A stretch of 64,000 bases of DNA, taken from the NCBI GenBank assembly GCA_964016885.1, contig OZ024757.1, positions 5,022,001 to 5,086,000 of the forward strand, given 5' to 3'. The notes under the pieces were generated by a model, which did not search any database, had not been told where the DNA came from, and worked only from the letters and a program-made list of their open reading frames with translations. Both the position numbers and the translations under genes were made by a program. Below are positions 55,408 through 64,000 of this stretch, in pieces (the stretch's first letter is position 1; each line of letters opens with the position of its first letter). This DNA comes from Eledone cirrhosa. Its lineage: Eukaryota.

Positions 55408-56524
55408 ACTAGCTAGAAAAATGCGTACAGCAAAAAAAAGTAATATTGTTGGAACAAACCTTTAAAAATACAGGACAAGGAAGTAAGATAAACCTTTAAA
55501 AATACAGGACAAAGAACTAAGATAAAACGTTAAAAGAATAGGACAAGGAATATAAATTTTTACAATAATATTAGTGGCAAAAATTTTATTGGAAAAATAG
55601 ATAATTGATCAAATAAAAGTGATTTATTTGAGTAACATGAAATTACTTAATGAGAAATATCAATACAATGAAATTGATCCCTGTCTTGTGTTCCTCCTCC
55701 AAGTCCGAGTTGTACCAACTGGTTCATTGGTTCATGAGGAAGTGGGCCAGGAAAAATGTAGGAAAAGTCATCATGGTTCATTTCTGTTCTTCCCTTCTAC
55801 TCGAGCCCCCTCAGCGCCTGCATCCCCCAGCTACAATGACTCCCAAATCAGCAGTCTGTTGCTCCTGCACCAACGCCTCCACCTCCTCCCCCCTCGTCGC
55901 CTGCTTCAACTTTCATCATTGCTGCGCCAACATGCCCAGTGCTGTCTGGAAGTGGTTCAACGAGTCCGGCGCCGGCTTCACCTGCTTCAAGTGCTCTCCC
56001 AGGAAGAAGCACTCTGCCCTATCCACCTGCCCTTCTACCACTGCCCATGAAGCCAGTCCGGAACCGTCAACCGTGCCTCAAAGTGTCATCGAGGACCAGC
56101 AGGATTCCGAGTCGAACACGGGCCCATTCACCTTGGTCACTCGCCGTCATCGTCCCAGAGTCAAGACCCGTACCCCTCCCTCTCCCCCTCCAGTTCCTGC
56201 TCCGACCCAGTCCGAGTTGCGCCGGGTCATCCGCGAGGAGTTGGACCGGGAAAGATGACAGACAAGTGATCATGGTTGGAGTGGATGCATGCGGAACATC
56301 ATAGTTGTAATTGGTGTAATGATGGAAACTCAATTTTTTACCAATTGAATTTTGCCACTAATATTATTGTAAAAATTTATATTCCTTGTCCTATTCTTTT
56401 AAAGTTTTATCTTAGTTCTTTGTCCTGTATTTTTAAAGGTTTATCTTACTTCCTTGTCCTGTATTTTTAAAGGTTTGTTCCAACAATATTACTTTTTTTT
56501 GCTGTACGCATTTTTCTAGCTAGT
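55408..56524. mobile_element. ~190-bp inverted repeats enclosing a LINE ORF1 fragment
   Basis: actagctagaaaaatgcgtac... (55408-55596) is the inverse of 56337-56524. Confidence 0.8.
55836..56258 (+). pseudogene. CR1/L2-type ORF1 N-terminal fragment with PHD finger
   Basis: CCSC...FHHCC...W...FTCFKC, Pro/Ser linker, ELRRVIREELDRER; GC-rich relative to flanks. Confidence 0.65.
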
Positions 56525-56532
56525 ATATATAT

Positions 56533-56632
<100 letters not shown>

Positions 56633-56720
56633 TGGGAGAGAAGGCACCCGAACACACACACACATGTTTACACACACAGACATCTATATATATATGTGTG
56701 TCCGCGTGTGAGATTGGCTG

Positions 56721-56801
<81 letters not shown>

Positions 56802-57112
56802 TCATATTTATATACATTTTTTCCGATGTTCAGATAATCTCTGGTCCTGAGTTCAATTTTCACTTCGGATTTTGAGACGTTAAAATAATTTAAAATTTTT
56901 TTTTTTTAGTTATTGCTTTAGTTGCTCAATAGACGAAGGCCATGCTGGGGCAACACATCCAATATATTATCTTGTTAATATCGGCCCCAGTATATTAAAG
57001 GATTTCTACTTTATATTAGTTTTACAAGTTCTCGGATTGTTTTTATATTAAAAGGGAACATAAACATATTTTAGATTGAGGAGGGGCTTGTAGCAGAAAG
57101 GGTTGGGGACCA

Positions 57113-57157
<45 letters not shown>

Positions 57158-57224
57158 GAGAGAGACGGAGAGAGAGCACCGAAACAAACACACACATGTA
57201 TATACACATGTGCGTGTCCTACTT

Positions 57225-57294
<70 letters not shown>

Positions 57295-57295
<1 letters not shown>

Positions 57296-57810
57296 TAGAA
57301 TTGGTGCTCTGAAATAGCTATATATATATGTATGTATATATCGTGTATTTTGCAACACACTGTATGCTTAATTAAAGCATTTCGAAGAACTTATGCTATT
57401 GTTTTAGAGTAGTGACAGACTCACTTACTTTAAGTGACAGACTCACTTACTTTTAATTAAGCATACAGTGTATTGCAAAATACACTGTATATACATCCAT
57501 ATATATATAGCTATTGCAGAGCACCAATTCTAATTTTCAATTTCTGCTTGGCAGGCAACCGCTCTGTATAATCAGTTCCTGATTATTTACTAGAATTCTA
57601 TAAGAACCAAGCATCCATGATTTCAGCAAACAGGAGGAGTAGTTGGCTTTGATAAGCATCAATAAATGCGAAACAGAGCCCTGTCAGCTTTATCTCCCCT
57701 GTTTGCTGAAAATTAAAGTAAGTGAGTCTGTCACTACTCTAAAACAATAGCATAAGGTCTTCGAAATGCTTTTAATTAAGCATACAGTGTATTGCAAAAT
57801 ACACTATATA
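57295..57810. mobile_element. Foldback element with decayed hammerhead (57621-57711)
   Basis: 57295-57380 is the inverse of 57452-57535; ggct-TTGATAA-gcat-caataa-atgc-GAAACAG-agcc-CTGTC-agct within a long stem. Confidence 0.65.
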
Positions 57811-58205
57811 CACATTTATATGTATATATATTAATTAAAATAACAGATTAAAGTTTAAGCAAAGAATCGCTGCTCTCCCTCTTAACGGGATCTTCTGAAA
57901 CTAAAAAAAATCAATCTGTGAACGCAGAATTAAATATTTCGAGAAACGTTACAACCGAAGGAAGACAGGAAGACGATACTTTGGTTCGTGGAAAACATTC
58001 CCTGTCAAAGAACGAAAAAAAAAACGAAGATAATACGTCATTATTTGCAGCGGTGAAATCAATTACACGCAAAGACAAAGCGATTCTTTGCTTAAACTTT
58101 AATCTGTTATTTTAATAAATATTTGCTCTACGGTTCTTAAATATCTCATATATATTTATCCTTATCAAGCCCGCTTTGGATTTTAGTCTTCAAATTTATT
58201 ATTAT

Positions 58206-58248
<43 letters not shown>

Positions 58249-58249
58249 T

Positions 58250-59030
58250 TAGTTAAGCAAAACAAGACCACAGATTTCACAAGGAAGACATTATTAAAAG
58301 ATTGTCAACATATTTTAGTTTGATGTAAGGAATGTAGGGAATAATAATAATAATATTAATAATAATTGTTTCTACTTTTGGCACAAGGCCAGCAATTACC
58401 CAATGCATTACTGGTACTTTATTCTATCGACCCCGGAAGGATGAAAGGCAAAGTTAACCTCGGCGGGATTAATAATAATAATGTAATAATGTAATAATTG
58501 TTTCTACTTTAGGCACAAGGCCAGCAAATTACCCAGTACATTACTATAATAATAATAATAATAATGTAATAATAATAATGTAACATTCTTTCCTTATTTT
58601 AATTTATATTCCTTTTGAAGTTCCGATGAGCTGCTCTATTTCTACCTATGTTAATTATTTCAACTGAACCAGATCAATAATGATATATAATCATTTGATC
58701 CAGAAATATTATATGGAGTAACGAGACAATTGTAAACGGACATTATTATTATTAATATTATTATTATTATTCTCTACATTCCTTGCATCAAACTAAAATA
58801 TGTTGACAATCTTTTAATAATGTCTTCCTTGTGAGATTTGTGGTCTTGTTTTGTTTAACTAATGAATATTTCCAGCTCTGTGCACCTAACCTCTGCATGA
58901 ACCCAGCCACCTAGCTGCCTTCCACTGCATATTGCACATTGAGCACATGCCTTTACGCTTTGGCTTCTAACTAATTCACCAATCTCTCCTCTCCTATCTC
59001 CATCTCTCTCTTTAAGATTGGCTACTCTTG

Positions 59031-59033
<3 letters not shown>
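58250..59033. mobile_element. Third copy of the 1408-2862 foldback family
   Basis: 58770-59033 is the reverse complement of 1408-1670; inverted arm at 58250-58365; hammerhead-like ccgatga...gagacaattgta at 58623-58734. Confidence 0.7.
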
Positions 59034-59091
<58 letters not shown>

Positions 59092-59221
59092 TCATATATA
59101 TATATTTGTGTTCAAGAGAATAGGTGGAGGGGCGCGTCTGCTAGATTCATTGTGAGTTAAAACGATGTTATTAACCTTTCTGGGTGGGAAATGACAATGG
59201 GCTTGGTGGAGTAGTATGGTG

Positions 59222-60110
59222 GGATGGGGGAAGTAGAGAACACTATCGGGTGGCTAGGAGACAAGTGTACCTTGCAAGAGGGGAAGCAGAGCATAGAAAG
59301 TTCAACCATGTTCTACAACACGAGGACCAAAAACGTGAGGTGTTCAGGATTGCTAGACAATGTGTCAAGGAAAACTATGATATTGTCAGGGAGAAGTGTG
59401 TCCGTAATGATGATGGTGTACTTGCCCTCACTGATATTGATAAGAAGGTAGCTTGGAAGTGTCACTACGGGGGACTACTAAAAGAGGAGAATAAATGAGA
59501 AAAAAATAGTCTTCCCCACATTGATCCAATAGAGGGACCAGCTGTGCAATTTAAAGGTAGTATAATAAGTAAGGCAATCAAAGATATGAAGACAGGCAAG
59601 GCAGCTGGGCCTTCGGAGATAGTTGCTGAGATGTTGAAGGCATCTGGTATGGTGGGACATTCTATGGACACCCAGATAGTAAATCAAGTAATACAGAATG
59701 AGGTCATACCAAAGGACTGGGGTAGCAGCATCATCGTTAACTGCTACAAGAGAAAAGGAGATGCTATAGGTAGGGGGAACTATAGAATCATTAAGGTAGT
59801 TGACCAGGTCATGAAGGTCACAGAAAGAGTTATAGCACAACTAATCAGAGACAGAATTGATCTAGATGAAATGCAGTTTTGGTTTGTGTCAGGTAAAAGT
59901 ACCACAGACACGCTTTTCCTTGTACGACAACTACAGGAGAAGTACCTAGCTAAAAGTAAACCCCTATACTTAGATTTCCTTGACTTGGAGAAAGCCTTAG
60001 ACAGAGTCCCCAGTGGACCTTTAGAAAACTAGGAGTAGATGAATGGCATGTGAGAGCTATGTATAAAGAAACAGTGAGCAAGGTGAGAATTAACAATGAA
60101 TATAGTGAAG
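59222..60110 (+). pseudogene. Internal RTE RT fragment, degenerate
   Basis: ORFs 59184-59498 and 59544-60032 match the 8256 ORF; stops and deletions. Confidence 0.9.
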
Positions 60111-60505
60111 GAATGATATGAAGGAAGAAATAGAATGGGTACCAACAAAGATATTTATTTCTCTGTTGTTACGAGCCTCCCATTCTTCGCAGTAATCTCA
60201 GATAAATCATTGAAACTGCAGGTGGTCTGAGATCTGATGAATGTATTTTAATATTTGTGACCTCCTCTCACCCATTCTATTTCTTCCTTCCGATCATTTC
60301 TTTGAGTCAACTCACATCAAGCTGCTGACTTCTGTCCTTCGAGGTAATGTTTTACCCAACACAGCTTTGACGGTATTTTGCTGTTTAAACACCGAGTTTT
60401 TCCATTTTATATATATATGTAAAGGGTAAACAGAAATAACAACACAATCAGTACAGTATATGGAAGGAATATATTAGGTTAATGCTTGAAATAGCAGGAA
60501 GAGGG

Positions 60506-60541
60506 TCTTAACGTTTCAGATGCTAGTCCTTCATCAGAAGA
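60506..60541 (-). ncRNA. Minimal hammerhead-like motif
   Basis: TCTT-CTGATGA-A-GGA-ctagca-TCT-GAAACGTT-AAGA. Confidence 0.55.
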
Positions 60542-61734
60542 AAGAATGACAAATTAGTTAAATTGAAGGGACGGGCAAGATGGAATTGGAAAACATATCT
60601 TTGGATAACAGGTCTATTCATGTTGACATCTCTTGGAAAACTGTTGATGCTGGCGTTTTGTGTAGGATATATTATTTGTTAAAGACTCACATTAATCCCC
60701 TATAATTTAATGAGCTCAAGGATTAGATTCCGGGTTCTTTATAAATCACCATATAGAGAGAAGTACACATAGAGATATGTGTTCAATTATAGGGGATTAA
60801 AAACCACCAGAGTGACGAACATATTAACTATGGAAGTAATACTGGATACAAATCAATTAAAATAATATATTAAAGTGTACTAACCATCTATTTATAACTA
60901 TAACATCCAGACATGCTCAAATAAGAGTATATTTCGCTATAAAAGGGAAGAATATATATTGTAGATGTAGCTTATCGGCAGATACCTATCAATATGATCC
61001 ACACTTCTAAAAATATATTAGATAACTAAGAAAACACACATGGTGTAGAGAAAAGACATGTTTTATTGCCCATGGTGGTGAATAGACCAAAAGACCGCTA
61101 AAAATATATATGATATGATATACGTCTGGAAATATATTTTTATCACATGTATGTTAATATACATATGAAAATTTAGAGCTGACTTAGCTGCTATTTCTAA
61201 CATTTTCCACGTTACATATTTTTATTATTTGGCTGCCATTTCTAGCATTTGTATTTACCACACAGACTGAAACGTTTAACAAAGGGGAATAAATCTTTAA
61301 AGCCTTCGGTTTGATATTATCTCCCTTTGCCTGTAAAATTTATGATAGTAATCTAGACTAGAGATCCCCTCACTAAATGTTCTTATAACTTTCTTAATAA
61401 CTTATTTTGTAATAAAATTTTGCAGAGATACGAATTACAGTTTATAGATTAACATTCTGTAACTGAAATTACAATATATCTTTACGTACAAATGTACTAA
61501 AGCTAGAAATTGCCAGGTAGGGTGTACAGTTTTTATCACATTTTATATTTGGTAAAATAAAATATTTTATCATGACAATATAAAGAAACAGGATATAGAT
61601 TTGTTTGGTATTTCTAGCGTTGTTTATAACACACACACACATATATATATATATACATACATAGTCCTATATATGTATGTGTGTGTATATATATACATAT
61701 ATTTATGTTGTTTATACACATACATACATACAAA

Positions 61735-61816
<82 letters not shown>

Positions 61817-61834
61817 AGAGATAGAGATAGAGAG

Positions 61835-62953
61835 ATTTCTTTATTTGCCACAAGGACGCACAATAAAAGGGGACAATACAAAGACATGCCGGGGATTTTA
61901 CATACACTCGTGTAAAAAGACAAACAAAAAAAAATAATTACAACAATCGAAATCCCCAATAGGGGGGAAACGCCACAAAAGGTTTGTTTAATACCCCGTA
62001 GATAGAACAACCCTCAACTCCAGGAGTATGTTGTGCAAGTGCTCCTTTCTTCCTTTTGCTCGCTTCTTTAACCTACAGGTTTATAAACAGAGAAGGCCCA
62101 ATCACTCGGGCCATTTTTGCCACGTTCACCCACCTTTCAGTAAATTTACTGGGGTGCAGTACCTCTCTATCCACTCTGATTCTCCTTCTAAAGTGATACT
62201 TAAAGAAGGGAATGAGTTGTTGTCCGGAGAGAAAGGCATCTGTCCTCAGTCCTCTTAATCTCGTCCACCATATAACTTCTTTCACCATAGCCACTGTACA
62301 GAGGAAAACCGCCTCTCTTTCGTTTTTGAAAGAGGCTGGCGGTTTGATCCTTACTATGGACTCAGCAGTCAACTGGATTTGTGACATACGCGACAGCAGT
62401 TGTTCTGCATAGTTCCACAGGTGGGTTACGACCGGGCAGTGTACAACTGCGTGCAGGACGGTTTCAATGTCCTGCGCGCATCTTGGACACGTCCTCTTTG
62501 AAGGGTCCGTGCCTGTAGATCTTGTCACGAACCGGTAGAGCTTCTCGGTAGCACTGCCAGGCCAGGGACCTCTGGAAGTTGTCCATAGGTCCCGGGCGGA
62601 AAGTCCTACCAAACAGACTGGTGAGCTCATCGTCTTCGACGCCCAGAGTCTCTCCGAGCACGTCGTTGCCCTCGTAACGTACAATCCCTCTATAGAATGT
62701 CGAAGTGGAGTCTCCACTGATTGCTGTGCCTGCTTGCCAGAGGACTGTGAGCGCCTGAGCGCATTCAATGTGCCAGGTGCCCATCGTTTTCGGCATTTTC
62801 TTGATCCAGGACAGCAGCTCCGTTAACGAGATGAGCTGCGGGAAAGCCTATCTCACAAACGGTGCCCACACCGTTTGGGGGTCGGTGAGGAATACCTGGA
62901 TATGCTGCAGCCTTAGCGCATGTTTGCGCATCATCAGCCACGGCATTCCCAGC
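61835..62953 (-). mobile_element. Tx1/L1-clade LINE 3' fragment
   Basis: zf-RVT-like CPRCAQDIETVLHAVVHCP...LW and SLAWQCYREALPV; AATAAA at the 3' end; flanked by (GA)n and (GATA)n. Confidence 0.8.
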
Positions 62954-62995
<42 letters not shown>

Positions 62996-63431
62996 TGTAT
63001 ACTCGGTTTTGAATTTGTTTTTCAAGATTTGTTACCTGAAAACGGGTTGTAACAGATATTGTTATACTTTGGGAGGTCATGCTGCCAATAAAAACACACG
63101 CACTTGTTGGTTTAACTTCAATTTATTGGTATTATTATTCGGCTAGTTTAATAACCAGATAGTTGTTTAGTTGTTGATTGTCAAATATCTTTTGTCACAC
63201 ATTCTGTCACCTCCTCAGTGACTACTTTTGTAGTTATTTTGTGTCTCTTCTTTTTTTGTACTACACCAACTTGTTTTTGTGAAAATTTGAAATGAAATCC
63301 AGCAGCTGTGTAGTTTTATTGGCAGCAGGACCCTTGCAATGTATACCAATATGTATATGTCATCAACATGTATATATAGTAAGGAAAATGTGAAGTTTGG
63401 TGTAGATGTTAAAAGTTCCTTTATTAACAAA

Positions 63432-63508
63432 GCTGTGATACACATTATAATGACAATCATGGTCACATGATTGAACAATCATGTGACCACGTGATATCAT
63501 CAGACAGC
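63432..63508 (-). ncRNA. Decayed hammerhead of the 51895 family
   Basis: GCTGT-CTGATGA-hairpin GTGGTCACATGATTG/CAATCATGTGACCAT...TC-ACAGC; GAAA lost. Confidence 0.5.
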
Positions 63509-64000
63509 AACTTTATGTAATAAGGTTACGTCTGTGAGGCAATCCAAAGACAAGGGAATGGACAGAAATGGTAAGGTTCGTAGATGTTTTCAGAAGGATA
63601 TGATGTGACATTCAAACATTGTCTGGACTGATGCTAAGCCACTGCCTCCCTGTTTATGTTTCAGATAGAGGTGGTCTATGTCACTGTTGATGTGGAAACT
63701 TCCAGAACCAGTTAGAAGTTTTAGGGCTTTAGTATTATGGCTCAGATCTCATCTTCAGTCAAGTAGTCAATGATTGTTACCATTGTAATTTATTAGTCCC
63801 CAAATTTTTCGGACCACCTCCTAGATAATGTCTGGTAAATCCGAAATATTTAGGGACTGCTAAATTACTAAGGTAACAATCAGTCATACTGGCCCTTTTA
63901 TTTTCTAATCCATCTCTCTCAATTCTCTTCTCACTTGTTACCTTGGTAACCCTAAGCCACTTACATTGAAGGGCTCCCTAAACAGACCCACCTTTCACTT

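Overview
This is eukaryotic, very AT-rich, repeat-saturated DNA with no recognisable host gene, rRNA, tRNA gene or CRISPR array. The SINE types, (TA)n density and RTE families suggest an octopod cephalopod, but that is inference. The window contains a 71-bp satellite in both orientations; 53-, 34- and 48-bp minisatellites; many RTE LINE fragments (one with an open 655-aa RT ORF carrying a PHD-like finger); CR1/L2, CRE, Tx1/L1 and Penelope (GIY-YIG) fragments; an LTR-plus-PBS fragment; two tRNA-SINE families; and hAT-like MITEs. It is organised by a large inverted duplication (~7.5-19.7 kb vs ~24.1-33.4 kb) and further direct duplications. Most notable: (1) a dense set of minimal hammerhead-ribozyme motifs, several with intact cores and unrelated stem II sequences, in Penelope-derived foldback elements, including a perfect 336-bp palindrome; (2) an RTE and a CR1/L2 LINE inserted at the same nucleotide site in the two arms of the inverted duplication; (3) a 2A-like GCVELNPGP motif in a possibly Helitron-related segment. 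All coordinates were read by eye and are approximate at repeat edges.
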